A DNA stretch of 47,207 bases, taken from positions 1 to 47,207 of the forward strand of contig CANJVS010000001.1 of the NCBI GenBank assembly GCA_947477755.1, given 5' to 3'. Position numbers and translations under genes: made by a program. The notes under the pieces are model-generated. The model worked only from the letters and a program-made list of their open reading frames with translations. It was not told where the DNA came from and searched no databases. This document shows, piece by piece, positions 10,701-19,620 of the stretch. The DNA is from Verrucomicrobiaceae bacterium. Its GTDB lineage: Bacteria > Verrucomicrobiota > Verrucomicrobiia > Verrucomicrobiales > Verrucomicrobiaceae. Numbering within the stretch: the first letter of the stretch is position 1; each line of letters begins with the position of its first letter.

Positions 10701-12029
10701 CAACTCTTCTGGTCACTGGAGACTTGCCGCCTTTTCGAGATCGATGTTCCTGTGGCCCCCGCTCTCGAAGAAGCCATTTCCTTCTATGCCCCGGAGGCGC
10801 GACCACGGATTCAATCGGCAGTGCATGCAGCGATTGATCAAGGCACGCCCTATGATTTGGAGTTACGCGCGATATCGGCCAAAGGGCGGTCTTTTTGGGC
10901 GCGTTCCCAAGGTGTCCCGGTGCTGGAAGGGAATAAGGTGGTCAAATTGATTGGCACCTTTCAGGACATCACTGAACGCAAGATTGCGGAGGCTAGCTAC
11001 CGGCGGGAGCAGGAGTTCAATCAAACCCTGGCCAATCACACCTCCGCCATCATTCTGCTGCTGGATGCCCAAGGAAACATCGTGCACGTGAATGATGCCA
11101 CGGTGAAGATCCTGGGCTATAGCCGGAAGGAACTGCTCGGACGCAAGCCCTGGGATGTTCTCGTGAGCAGAACGGAGATGCCCGGCGCGGACGTCAGAAT
11201 GCAGCGGTTGCTCAATGGCAAATCCAATCCACCACGAGAGGTGACCCTGGTGGGCAAGAAAGGTGCGCAGCACACCGTCTCCATGTCCAGTGTTTCGACG
11301 CGCCTACCGGATGGCACGCTTGACCGCATCATCGTAACCGCAACCGACCTCACGGAGCGCAATCAGCTGCAAAGGGAGATCCTGAAAATCTCCGAGCAGG
11401 AGCAGGCGCGTATTGGCCACAATCTCCACGACGGCATCGGTCAGACCATGACTGGAGTTGCCAGTCTCATGGAGTCTTTGGAAAGTGAACTCAGCGGCAC
11501 CCAGCGAGCCAGTGCGGGACGCATCCGGGAGATCCTTCAGGACGCGCTTCATGAAGTGCGTCGGATGTCTCATGGTTTGTCGCCGGCTTCCGTGAAAAAT
11601 CGCGGTCTCGACGGTGCTCTGCAATTGCTCGCCGAGACCATCCGCCTCAATCACCGCACTGCCTGCACCTGTGAGGTGGACCCTTCAATCCAGATTGAGG
11701 ACACGGAAAAGGAGTCGCATATTTTCCGCATTGCTCAGGAAGCTGCGAACAATGCCATTCGGCATGGTCACCCCAAAAAGGTCGCGATTTCACTCCGTCG
11801 TATTGGGGCTGACGAAGGCGTTTTGATGATCGAAAACGACGGGGTCGGGATCACCAAAAAGAACGGTAAAACCAGCAACGGGATCGGTCTGCAAGTCATG
11901 GACTACCGCGCCAACCTCATCGGGGGCACTCTGAAAATTGTGTCCAAACCACGCCACGGCGTCAGTGTGAGCTGCCGCTTCCCCTGCGCGAATGCGGTGG
12001 TGAAAAAGTCGGGAAAAGCCGGCTCCTGA
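7749..12029 (+). CDS. Cytoplasmic multi-PAS/GAF sensor histidine kinase (HisKA_3/NarX-like class)
   Basis: About 8 PAS/PAC repeats ending in DITxRK, one GAF domain (GSCGTAAF...ACWSTPI), H-box [12 protein letters not shown]-box [10 protein letters not shown] and G-box GIGL. No TM helix is evident. Confidence 0.92.
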   Translation: MNAAENPPPATEQSRLMEEVSLLKSQILALQESESFYCGIVQTAEEGIWRINAASLTEYVNPKMAQMMGYTAEEMIGHPIDDFLDDEGRSMLASLIERRKGGIAEQFKFKYIRKDGSELWAFVSTNPITNDNGVYVGAVALPTDITAHKRAEDALKASAEFRDRLIRSMQDGFSVLDATGVQLEVNPAFCRMTGFSKEELVGRSSPFPYWPPEEYEKIGAAFRETLNGDLGDFELIFLRKNGERFPVIVSPSAVKNSNGEPLNYLATVKDITVRKQAEKALHESEERYKLLADHTDDLVGLHDTVGNSLYLSPSYYRKTGWTPGDLQSSDWRSRIHPDDHETIERARSENLDGRATKIEHRNRCKDGSWLWFETNCKPLFDSNGKVWRLLFWSHDITKRKQTEAALRKSEDRYARALLGTSEGLWDWDLLTGETYLSPRWKELLGFADNELPGDLETSFISRIHPDDLAAVEIARRGHLERGVPYDVEMRLRCKNGDYRWFRVRGQAERNKDGEPVRMAGALADITGHKNAEAALRESEEKFRSLFENAGDAIFLMRGSRFIDCNVRTLEMFGCKWRNQIVGREPHEFSPPFQPNGRNSSELAIEKINAALAGKPQFFEWTHSKLDGTSFPAEVSLNIVKLGGSVLLQAIVRDITDRKQAQQLLAWEKDAMELISSDASLHEVMGKLMLGMEKQMPSALCSVLLLDEDGIHMRNGAAPSLPEAFNRAIDGAPIGPVAGSCGTAAFTRRQVIVTDIDTDPLWADYRELAMGHGLRACWSTPISGHEGKILGTFAIYYREPRSPLLMELEQVARAVHVTRIAIERKQAEQALRERETQFRAIFEQAAVGVAMIDSNTGRFLKVNQRACEIARHTREQMLNETFMDVTHPDDLQADLDLMEKLRVGLISTFTMEKRYLHPDGVITWINLTVSPMWQPGEVPTRHIAVVEDITHRKQAELELAHTSDLLQRTGAVAKIGGWELDLKTGQLFWSLETCRLFEIDVPVAPALEEAISFYAPEARPRIQSAVHAAIDQGTPYDLELRAISAKGRSFWARSQGVPVLEGNKVVKLIGTFQDITERKIAEASYRREQEFNQTLANHTSAIILLLDAQGNIVHVNDATVKILGYSRKELLGRKPWDVLVSRTEMPGADVRMQRLLNGKSNPPREVTLVGKKGAQHTVSMSSVSTRLPDGTLDRIIVTATDLTERNQLQREILKISEQEQARIGHNLHDGIGQTMTGVASLMESLESELSGTQRASAGRIREILQDALHEVRRMSHGLSPASVKNRGLDGALQLLAETIRLNHRTACTCEVDPSIQIEDTEKESHIFRIAQEAANNAIRHGHPKKVAISLRRIGADEGVLMIENDGVGITKKNGKTSNGIGLQVMDYRANLIGGTLKIVSKPRHGVSVSCRFPCANAVVKKSGKAGS

Positions 12030-12055
12030 TTCCTGCACGGCACCCTGCCTGCCAG

Positions 12056-12817
12056 TCAGGCTTTGCGCTCGGTTGTCGTCGTTGATGAATCATCCCGGTT
12101 TGAGCCTGCAAGCAGCGTCACGATCAGGATGAAGAAACACATGACAACGGAGAAGAGGGGAAACTGCAAGGCCGCCGGCAGGCTGTAAACCAGGGCCAGA
12201 GCGGGAATCCAAACAAGCCAGTTCGTGACCAGCACGGTCGGGCAGGTGCGCGTCCAAAATTCCCGGTTGAGCGAGGCGCGCGTGCGCGACCAGGAAGCGC
12301 CGACTTCAATCCAGCGCAGCACGATGAGGTAGGTGGGCACGAACCACAGTGGACTGAAGACAAACTGATCTAGGGCAACTTTGGTGGTGAGTGTAGTGGC
12401 ATCGCTGCCGTGGCCAAACAGAAATCCCTGAAAGCGGTAGAACAGGTCAATCTCCATGCCGCGATAACCCCAGAACAGCATCAGAAGCCCGAGTCGTTTC
12501 CAGCGCCCGTTTGCAGGCAATTTGCCCATCATTGCCTGAATACAAAAGGGCATCACTGCCGCAGCAAAGACGGTGGAAGTCAGCGAGAAAGCATAAGACC
12601 AGCGTATCTTGAACGCGCCGACAGCCTCCCACACTCCCGCCACTGCAGGCACTTGGTAGTAGCTCGTCACCAGAGCGATCACCAGAACGTTGAGCAGCAG
12701 GCAGGCCGTCCGGTTTTGTCGGAACACCACGGCGATCGTGGCGAAGATGCCGGGTGCTGGAGAAGGAGAAGCGGACATGAAGCGTGGTACTCCATGTTCT
12801 TGAATCAATGCGAGCAC
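12056..12817 (-). CDS. Mpv17/PMP22-like membrane protein
   Basis: Several hydrophobic helices; TKVALDQFVFSPL and NWLVWIPA resemble the Mpv17/PMP22 pattern. The start may instead be 12778. Confidence 0.65.
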   Translation of the reverse strand: MLALIQEHGVPRFMSASPSPAPGIFATIAVVFRQNRTACLLLNVLVIALVTSYYQVPAVAGVWEAVGAFKIRWSYAFSLTSTVFAAAVMPFCIQAMMGKLPANGRWKRLGLLMLFWGYRGMEIDLFYRFQGFLFGHGSDATTLTTKVALDQFVFSPLWFVPTYLIVLRWIEVGASWSRTRASLNREFWTRTCPTVLVTNWLVWIPALALVYSLPAALQFPLFSVVMCFFILIVTLLAGSNRDDSSTTTTERKA

Positions 12818-12836
12818 AAAGGGATTCTTAACTCAC

Positions 12837-14132
12837 TCAAGAACTCTGCTGCCGCGCAGCCAGAAGCACGGCTTCAAAAGCCTCGGCCATTTTGGTGGTG
12901 CTGAACTCGCTGCGCACGCGTGCCATGCCATCAGTGATCAGGCTTTCTCGGAGCTGGTCATCGAGCAGGGTGCTCTCCAGCGCATCTGCCAGCGCTTTGA
13001 CATCATCAGGCGCGCAGAGCACGCCACCCTGGCTGATCTCAATGAGTTCGGGGAAGGCTCCATGTCTGGGCTGCACCACGGGAACGCCGCTGGCGATGGC
13101 TTCGAGTATGTAAAGACCAAAGGCCTCGCCATACGTTGCGGGCACTGAAAAAACGGTCAGGTCCCGGAAGAATTTCACTTTGTCGCCAAAGCTCACATTC
13201 GGGTGCCACTCCACGCGCCGGTCATAGCCAGCCGCCTTGAGCTTGGCTTGCAGTCCGGCCAGATACTTCTCGTCACCTGACGTTTTGGCGCCGCCGATTT
13301 TGAGCTTCAGACGCGGCACGCTGCCGCGCTGGCAGAGTTCGATGAAGGCATCCACCAATGTGGTCAGGCCTTTGCCGTGAATCATGCGCGCGAAATAGCC
13401 GATGGTGGGCCAGTTGGGGTCCGGTTTGGCCGTGGAGAAGGGGGTGAGTTCAAGCCCGTTGTAGACGACCGAGATTTTTCCGGCGGGCAGACCGAGTCGC
13501 TCGCTCATGTTATCGGCGTAGAAGTGGCTGGCGGCGACGAAGTGCGTGACATGCTGGGCATTGGCGCGCATTTCGGCCCAGCATTGCTCCCGATATGGCT
13601 CCACCAACGTGTCGAGAAAGGAGTCCTCCCCCTGCAGCGAGGCCACCACCGGGATGCCAAGATCGCGCTCGATCACTGGGCAGAGTCCAATGAGCAGGCC
13701 GTTAGAAAGTGAGATGACATCCGGTTTTACTTCCGTCTTGATCCATTCGAGCACGCGCTGCCATTCGGCCCACTGATTTCCACGCTCGCCTTCCAGGGCG
13801 CCGAGCGCCATCCGGCCGAGATCCCGCGCACTGGTCATGCTCATGTAGCGCGCGGCGAAGCGCAGCAGGGCGGGACGATTCAACCAATCATGCACAAAGC
13901 GCGGCATGTGGCGCAGAAGTGGCATTTTTTGCTGGAGATAAAGGGAGATTCCGCCTGCCTGCACTGGAATCTCAGGATTGGTCACCTCACGGTCTGTGAC
14001 CAGCGGCAGATAAAGCGGTGCCATTAGCGCATCATGACCACGCGAACGCAGTGCCCTGATCAGGGCATGGTCACGCAGGCAGCTGCCGCAGTGGAAGCTG
14101 CCCGTGCCGGGCGTCAGGTGAAGAATTCTCAT
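12837..14132 (-). CDS. Glycosyltransferase family 4 (GT-B) protein
   Basis: Starts MRILHLTPGTG at 14132; contains the EAFGLYILEAIASGVPVV EX7E motif and KGL motif. The ORF extension to 14477 overlaps the divergent gene and was rejected. Confidence 0.9.
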   Translation of the reverse strand: MRILHLTPGTGSFHCGSCLRDHALIRALRSRGHDALMAPLYLPLVTDREVTNPEIPVQAGGISLYLQQKMPLLRHMPRFVHDWLNRPALLRFAARYMSMTSARDLGRMALGALEGERGNQWAEWQRVLEWIKTEVKPDVISLSNGLLIGLCPVIERDLGIPVVASLQGEDSFLDTLVEPYREQCWAEMRANAQHVTHFVAASHFYADNMSERLGLPAGKISVVYNGLELTPFSTAKPDPNWPTIGYFARMIHGKGLTTLVDAFIELCQRGSVPRLKLKIGGAKTSGDEKYLAGLQAKLKAAGYDRRVEWHPNVSFGDKVKFFRDLTVFSVPATYGEAFGLYILEAIASGVPVVQPRHGAFPELIEISQGGVLCAPDDVKALADALESTLLDDQLRESLITDGMARVRSEFSTTKMAEAFEAVLLAARQQSS

Positions 14133-14183
14133 GGGAGAGGACGAGGGGGACGACGAGTAACGCATCTCTTTCGCTCCGGCAAG

Positions 14184-14275
14184 CCGATGTGGGATGATCG
14201 GGCATTCAAGACCACCCGTGACGGGGCTGAACTCGCCGCCTTTTGATGGGTGGGATGAAGCCCATCTCACATCGG
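14184..14275. repeat. REP/REPIN-like palindromic element in a divergent intergenic region
   Basis: CCGATGTGGGATG (14184-14196) and CATCTCACATCGG (14263-14275) are inverted with 1 mismatch. An inner GTGGGATG-aagcc-CATCTCAC palindrome is also present. Confidence 0.45.
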
Positions 14276-14339
14276 GACCACACCATCGCGGCGTTGCTCC
14301 TGAAAGGCACGCCCTATGGATGTCGTTCACGGCTTGTTC

Positions 14340-16688
14340 ATGCGCTTCTTCCTTCTCCTGTTTCCAGTGGCTGCTTCGGCGGCGGTGGATTTTTCCGCCG
14401 ACGTGTATCCCGTGCTTCAGCGGGCCTGCTTTGAGTGCCATGGTGCGGAGCATGGGAAAGGCGGGCAGCGTCTGCATTCACGTGAGGTTTTCGCCAAGGC
14501 CGATCATCAGGAAATCCTGCGCCGCGTGGCCCTGCCGCGCAGCGACAAGGAGGCGATGCCCAAACGCGGCGCTCTGCTCAGCATGCATGACATCCAAAAC
14601 CTGAGCGAGTGGATCGCGGCGGGAGCCCGATGGCCTGAAAAGGTGCAATTGGCGGTGCATTGGTCCTATGTGCCGCCCGTGCGTCCCGCATTGCCCGATG
14701 TTAAAGACAGCTACTGGGCCAGGAATCCCGTGGATCGTTTCATTCTCGCACGTCTTGAGAAAGATGGACTGACACACTCGCCCGAAGCCGACCCTGCTGC
14801 GCAGTATCGGCGGTTGTCGCTGGATCTTACAGGTCTGCCGCCATCCATCGCTGACGTTGATGCCTTTGTGAAAGCTTACTCCATCGATCCTGACAAGGCT
14901 GTGTCCTTGGCTGCTGACAAACTGATGGCCTCACGCGAGTTCGGCGTGCGCTGGGCTCGGCCCTGGCTTGACCTGGCGCGCTATGCGGACTCACACGGCT
15001 TTCAGCGCGATGATTTGCGCGAGATTTGGGCCTTCCGCGATTGGGTGGTCGATGCGTTGAATGCGGACATGCCGTTTGACCAGTTCACCATCGAGCAGGT
15101 GGCTGGCGATCTCCTCCTGGAGAAGAGGATGAAGGATGAAGGTGGGAGAATGAAGGACAATCCCGGCTTCTTCGGCTCAGGCATTCATTCGGCATCTTTC
15201 GTCACTCAGACATCCAATGCCCTGCTCATCGCCACCGGTTTCCACCGTTGCACGCCGACCAATGTCGAGGCCGGTTCCGAGCCTGAAGAGACGCGCATCA
15301 ATCAGGTCATCGATCGCGTGAACACCACGGGTGCCGTCTGGCTCGGCTCCACGCTTGAATGTGCGCAGTGCCATAACCACAAGTTTGATCCATTCACCCA
15401 GCGCGACTTCTACAGCCTGCTCGCCTATTTCAACAACACCGAGAAGGAGGCTGAGCGCACCAATCCGAAAACACCCGGCAGCATCCAGTTCAAAGGCGTG
15501 CCGCTCGTGCTGGAGGGCGGTGCCGCGGGGGACGTGAAGAAGCAGCAGGATCTCACACAGAAGGTCGCCGCTCTCGAGTTCAAGATCGGCGAGTCGGATG
15601 ACAAGCGCGAAATCGTGCGCCTCAAGAAGCAGATGCAGGCTCTCCAAAAGCAGCTCGCCGCCATCCAGGTGCCAACCACCGAGATCATGCGTGAGCTACC
15701 CGAGCCGCGCATGAGCACCATCTTCAAGCGCGGTGTTTACACCGATCCGACTGATCCTGTAACCGCCGCCACGCCCGCCTTCTTTGAGCAAAAAGCCAGT
15801 GGCCCTCCAAACCGGCTGACACTTGCTAAATGGTTGGTTAGTCGCGGCAATCCCCTCGTCGCGCGTGTCACGGTGAATCGCTGGTGGGCGGAGCTGTTCG
15901 GGCGCGGCATTGTCAGCACCGTGGAGGACTTTGGCATCAAAGGCTCGCCACCGACGCACCCTGGACTGCTCGACTGGCTTGCGGTGGAGTTCGTGGAGCA
16001 GGGCTGGAGCATGAAGCATCTTTTGAAGCTGATCGTCACGTCACGCGCTTACCGGCAGAGTTCCATCATGACTGCCGAGACTGCGGGTACGCTGAGCGAT
16101 CCTGAAAACACCCTTCTCTGGCGCGGTCCGCGCCAGCGTCTTGATGCCGAGGCGATCCGTGACAATGCACTCGCCATCTCCGGATTGATTAATCTCAAGC
16201 AAAGCGGCGCACCCATCCGCCCGCCGCAGCCGGATGGCCTGTGGGCCAAGGTCGGCGGGCAGCAATACAAATACGAGGTCAGCCCGGGTGCCGAACAGTA
16301 TCGCCGCGGATTGTATGTCGTTCTCAAGCGCGGAGCGCCCTACCCGAGTTTTGTCAATTTCGATGCAAGTGCACGCATGGCCTGCGTGGTGAAGCGCAGC
16401 CGCTCAAACACACCCTTGCAGGCCCTGACACTGCTCAATGATCCCGTCTATGTCGAGGCTGCCCAGGCCTTTGCCAAACGAATCACCACCGAGTCTGCTG
16501 ACGCGAGCGTCGATGGCCGCCTCCGTTATGCCGTGCGTCTCGCAGTCGCCCGTGAGCCGCGTGCGCAGGAGATGACCGTGCTGCGTCAGCTTCACGCCAG
16601 CCAGTCTTCCTTAAAAGATGAAGTCTCCGCCTGGAGCGCCATCGCAACCGCCATCCTGAATTTGGACGAGACGATCACCAAAGGGTGA
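14340..16688 (+). CDS. Planctomycete-type cytochrome c / DUF1549 (PSCyt2) / DUF1553 (PSD1) protein
   Basis: Signal peptide MRFFLLLFPVAASAA; heme motifs CFECH and CAQCHNHKFDP; WLDLARYADS, ARVTVNRWW, PTHPGLLDWLA and NTPLQALTLLND. Confidence 0.9.
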   Translation: MRFFLLLFPVAASAAVDFSADVYPVLQRACFECHGAEHGKGGQRLHSREVFAKADHQEILRRVALPRSDKEAMPKRGALLSMHDIQNLSEWIAAGARWPEKVQLAVHWSYVPPVRPALPDVKDSYWARNPVDRFILARLEKDGLTHSPEADPAAQYRRLSLDLTGLPPSIADVDAFVKAYSIDPDKAVSLAADKLMASREFGVRWARPWLDLARYADSHGFQRDDLREIWAFRDWVVDALNADMPFDQFTIEQVAGDLLLEKRMKDEGGRMKDNPGFFGSGIHSASFVTQTSNALLIATGFHRCTPTNVEAGSEPEETRINQVIDRVNTTGAVWLGSTLECAQCHNHKFDPFTQRDFYSLLAYFNNTEKEAERTNPKTPGSIQFKGVPLVLEGGAAGDVKKQQDLTQKVAALEFKIGESDDKREIVRLKKQMQALQKQLAAIQVPTTEIMRELPEPRMSTIFKRGVYTDPTDPVTAATPAFFEQKASGPPNRLTLAKWLVSRGNPLVARVTVNRWWAELFGRGIVSTVEDFGIKGSPPTHPGLLDWLAVEFVEQGWSMKHLLKLIVTSRAYRQSSIMTAETAGTLSDPENTLLWRGPRQRLDAEAIRDNALAISGLINLKQSGAPIRPPQPDGLWAKVGGQQYKYEVSPGAEQYRRGLYVVLKRGAPYPSFVNFDASARMACVVKRSRSNTPLQALTLLNDPVYVEAAQAFAKRITTESADASVDGRLRYAVRLAVAREPRAQEMTVLRQLHASQSSLKDEVSAWSAIATAILNLDETITKG
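15121..15215. repeat. Degenerate heptamer (GATGAAG)n / (CTTCATC)n inverted-repeat element inserted in frame
   Basis: AGAAGAG GATGAAG GATGAAG GTGGGAG AATGAAG, then a spacer, then ATTCATT CGGCATC TTTCGTC ACTCAGA. Confidence 0.55.
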
Positions 16689-16714
16689 GACCGGGTAGGA
16701 AAACTGGCAAACGG

Positions 16715-17644
16715 CTATGACAGTTCCGCAACGGCCGCATCGAGACTGGCGATGTCTTTGATGGAGATCACTTTGGCTCCCTTGTCGATCTTGCCAAAAA
16801 GACCGGCAAGGGTGGCATCGGGACCGAGTTCAATGAAAAGTTCGTGACCTTGCGCTCTGAGTTCCTGCATTGACTCAACCCAGCGGACGCTGCCGGTGAC
16901 CTGCGCGGTCAGCGTGGCGCGGATATCTTCAGGAGTTTTGACGCTGCGCGCCTCAACGTTGCAGATGACCGGCAGGGTGGGCTCGCAGATGGTTGAGGAG
17001 GCAAGCACGGCGGCGAGCTTTTCCTGGGCACTCTTCATGAGTCGGCTGTGATAGGCTCCGGCGACGGGCAGCGGGATGGCGCGTTTGATGCCTTTATTCT
17101 TGGCATTGGCAGCAGCTGCCTCAATGCCTTCGACACTGCCGCTGAGCACAATTTGGCCGGGAGCATTGAGATTGGCGACATCGATCCCGCTTTCGGCGGC
17201 GAGTTCCCGGATGGCAGCTTCTTCCCCTCCGAGCATGGCGAGCATGGCTCCCTGCGTTTGCTGGCAGGCTTCCTCCATGAAACTGCCGCGCTTGAAGACG
17301 AGATTCAGTCCGGTGGCAAAATCAAATGACCCTGCTGCGGCGTGGGCGGTGAACTCACCGAGTGATAGACCGGCAGTGGCGGCAATCTGAAGGTTGGGCA
17401 CGCGCGCTTTGAGCACTTCAAGAAGGGCAAGCCCGTGGGTGTACAAAGCAGGCTGGCAGCGGCTTGTTTTGGTGAGTTCCTCCATGGGCCCCTCAAACAT
17501 GATCCGACTCAGTGAATAACCAAGTGTGGCGTCAGCCTGGTCGAGCATGGAGCGCACAGCCGGGTAGGCCTCGGCAAGATCTTTGCCCATGCCGACTTTT
17601 TGAGCACCCTGACCGGCGAAGAGGAGAACAACTGATTTGGACAT
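16715..17644 (-). CDS. fabD: Malonyl-CoA:ACP transacylase
   Basis: Motifs LFAGQGAQKVGMG, GLSLGE (catalytic Ser), NAPGQIVLSG, VAGAYHS and VRW. Confidence 0.96.
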   Translation of the reverse strand: MSKSVVLLFAGQGAQKVGMGKDLAEAYPAVRSMLDQADATLGYSLSRIMFEGPMEELTKTSRCQPALYTHGLALLEVLKARVPNLQIAATAGLSLGEFTAHAAAGSFDFATGLNLVFKRGSFMEEACQQTQGAMLAMLGGEEAAIRELAAESGIDVANLNAPGQIVLSGSVEGIEAAAANAKNKGIKRAIPLPVAGAYHSRLMKSAQEKLAAVLASSTICEPTLPVICNVEARSVKTPEDIRATLTAQVTGSVRWVESMQELRAQGHELFIELGPDATLAGLFGKIDKGAKVISIKDIASLDAAVAELS

Positions 17645-17737
17645 GGGAGAATGAATTGGGGAGAGTGGTTGGTTGGAAGTGTCTGGATTTGGTAGAATCA
17701 GGTCAAAACGACATATCCGTTACTGAGCACCTGGCCA

Positions 17738-18859
17738 TTAATGATGCAAGCCCAGCAAGCCGCGAATCTCCGGCACGGCGCGCAGGGCCGCTGCCGAGAG
17801 CAGTTCAGCGGCACGCGTCATAGCCTCGCTTAACGGCATTTCGGTTGGTTTGATGGCATAAGCCAGATCGAAGTGGGCTCGAAGGGCAGGGGAGTCTTCT
17901 ATGGAGCCTGCGAAGGCAACGGTCTTCTTGCCAAGACTGCGCGCCATCATGGCCACGCCGACGGGGCCTTTGCCGTGGAGCGTTTGGGCGTCCAGCCGGC
18001 CTTCTCCCGTGATCACGAGATCTGCTTTGGCCATGCGCTGTTTCAGACCAGTTCGGTCAGCCACGAGATCAAACCCGCCGGTCAAGCGCGCTCCACAAAA
18101 AACCATGAGCCCGTAACCGAGCCCTCCAGCCGCGCCTGAGCCGGGCAGGTTGCGCGGATCGGTGCCGAGATCGCGCGCCACGATATCGGCCAGGTGAGTG
18201 AGTCGGCTCTCAAAGAAGGCGCTGTCGGTGACGCCTTTCTGTGGACCATAGACCCTCGTTGCACCTTTCGTGCCGAGCAGGGGATTGTCCACATCACAGG
18301 CAACAAGAATCTCAGGCATGGCATGAGCGGGTCGTTCAATTCGGCGGAGCCTGTGCAGATCATCCACCACTGCACGAATCGGTTTACCTGATTCATCGAG
18401 AAGTTGATATCCAAGCGCAGCAGCCATTCCTAGCCCTCCGTCGTTCGTGGCGCTGCCACCGATTCCGATGCAGATCCGCTGGGCACCACGCTGAATGGCA
18501 TTTTGTATCATCAAGCCCGTGCCAAAGGTGCTGGCGACTTGAGGTTGCAGCGGTAAATCGTTCACCAAAATCAATCCACTTGCCGCACTCATCTCCATGA
18601 CCGCTTCCGTCTGCCTTGCCATCCACCCATAGCTCGCGGTAATAGGGCGACTTTGTGCATCCAGTGTTTGGGTTTCCACCCATTCACCACCCAGAGCAGT
18701 GATCATTGCTTCCGTTGTACCTTCACCACCATCGGCGATAGGACACAGGTCGATCTCGATCCCGGCAATCTCCCTTGAAAGGACACGTTGTAAAATTTGC
18801 GCCACCTGAGTGGCGGTGAGTGAACCTTTGTATTTGTCGCTGGTGATGAGAATTCGCAT
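17738..18859 (-). CDS. glxK: Glycerate kinase (GlxK/GarK family)
   Basis: Motifs DKYKGSL, PIADGGEGT, GIGGSATNDGG, GSGAAGGLG and ITGEGRLDAQTLHGK. Confidence 0.93.
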   Translation of the reverse strand: MRILITSDKYKGSLTATQVAQILQRVLSREIAGIEIDLCPIADGGEGTTEAMITALGGEWVETQTLDAQSRPITASYGWMARQTEAVMEMSAASGLILVNDLPLQPQVASTFGTGLMIQNAIQRGAQRICIGIGGSATNDGGLGMAAALGYQLLDESGKPIRAVVDDLHRLRRIERPAHAMPEILVACDVDNPLLGTKGATRVYGPQKGVTDSAFFESRLTHLADIVARDLGTDPRNLPGSGAAGGLGYGLMVFCGARLTGGFDLVADRTGLKQRMAKADLVITGEGRLDAQTLHGKGPVGVAMMARSLGKKTVAFAGSIEDSPALRAHFDLAYAIKPTEMPLSEAMTRAAELLSAAALRAVPEIRGLLGLHH

Positions 18860-18865
18860 TGTTAG

Positions 18866-18893
18866 AGGTTACCTTGCGCATCCCGAGCAGCAA
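18866..18893 (-). promoter_or_regulatory. Putative sigma70 promoter giving a leaderless glycerate kinase mRNA
   Basis: Minus strand TTGCTG-N16-TAACCT, then 6 nt to the ATG. Confidence 0.4.
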
Positions 18894-18963
18894 GCACATG
18901 GGACTATCTACGACTTGCGCAAAAATTGGCAGCCATCCCTTTTAATCGACTCCACCTAATAAA

Positions 18964-19043
18964 GTAACTACAAAATACATTCGTAAGTATTTAATACATA
19001 CGAAGTTACAAAATAAATACGTAACCACAAAATGCATACGTAA
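18964..19043 (+). repeat. 19-bp imperfect tandem repeat x4 (plus a partial copy), AT-rich, upstream of the major pilin
   Basis: GTAACTACAAAATACATTC / GTAAGTATTTAATACATAC / GAAGTTACAAAATAAATAC / GTAACCACAAAATGCATAC / GTAA. Confidence 0.8.
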
Positions 19044-19083
19044 AAAATACTCCACTGACATCCAAGGCAACTGAACATCTTTA

Positions 19084-19144
19084 TTGACAATTCGTGCCCT
19101 TTCTCAGAATATTGCCCTAGTTATTTTTAATTATAAAAAATAAC
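19084..19144 (+). promoter_or_regulatory. Candidate pilin promoter and operator
   Basis: Perfect TTGACA at 19084-19089 with only a weak -10; 9-bp inverted repeat GTTATTTTT-N7-AAAAATAAC at 19120-19144. Confidence 0.35.
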
Positions 19145-19160
19145 ATAACCCACACAAAAA

Positions 19161-19574
19161 ATGAAAACTAACATCCCCACAAACCGCTCCCGCCGCTCAG
19201 GCTTCACCCTGATTGAAATTAGTTTGGTCATTGCCCTTCTCTTGGGCCTGATCGCAGTGGCCTTTATCGGCATTGGCAGCTACCGCAAAGGTTCTGACAA
19301 GGCAAAATGCAAGATGCAGCTTGCAGCCGTTCAGAAGGCCGTTCGCGGTCATGCAAACATGACGAATCTGCCTAACGCCGCCCCGCTTCCCTCAGCAGCT
19401 GTTTTTGGTGCTGGATTACTGATGGAAACCGAACCAGCTTGCCCAACCGCACCCACTGGAGGCTACACTTGGGCAGCAGTTGTGCCTGCTGTTGGAACTC
19501 CATATGGAGTTTGCAGTGACACCACCACTGGTTTCACGCACGTGCTGACCGTTGCAGAAACGGAAGGTTGGTAA
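19161..19574 (+). CDS. Type IV prepilin, probable major pilin
   Basis: Class III signal RRSG|FTLIE plus a hydrophobic helix; 123-aa mature protein; first gene of the operon. Confidence 0.88.
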   Translation: MKTNIPTNRSRRSGFTLIEISLVIALLLGLIAVAFIGIGSYRKGSDKAKCKMQLAAVQKAVRGHANMTNLPNAAPLPSAAVFGAGLLMETEPACPTAPTGGYTWAAVVPAVGTPYGVCSDTTTGFTHVLTVAETEGW

Positions 19575-19620
19575 TTTTAAACTATCACATGGATAGATTT
19601 GACTGCTATAAAGTGAAATT

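Noticed and set aside
14133-14477. N-terminal extension of the GT4 ORF
   Set aside because: It overlaps the divergent gene and a repeat element; the GT-B fold begins at MRILHL (14132).
18964-19043. 19-bp array as a CRISPR array or plasmid iterons
   Set aside because: The units are contiguous with no spacers and are degenerate, and there is no cas or rep gene nearby.
19581-19600. Terminator after the major pilin (CTATC-ACATG-GATAG)
   Set aside because: The 5-bp AT-rich stem and poor U-tract are too weak to call.
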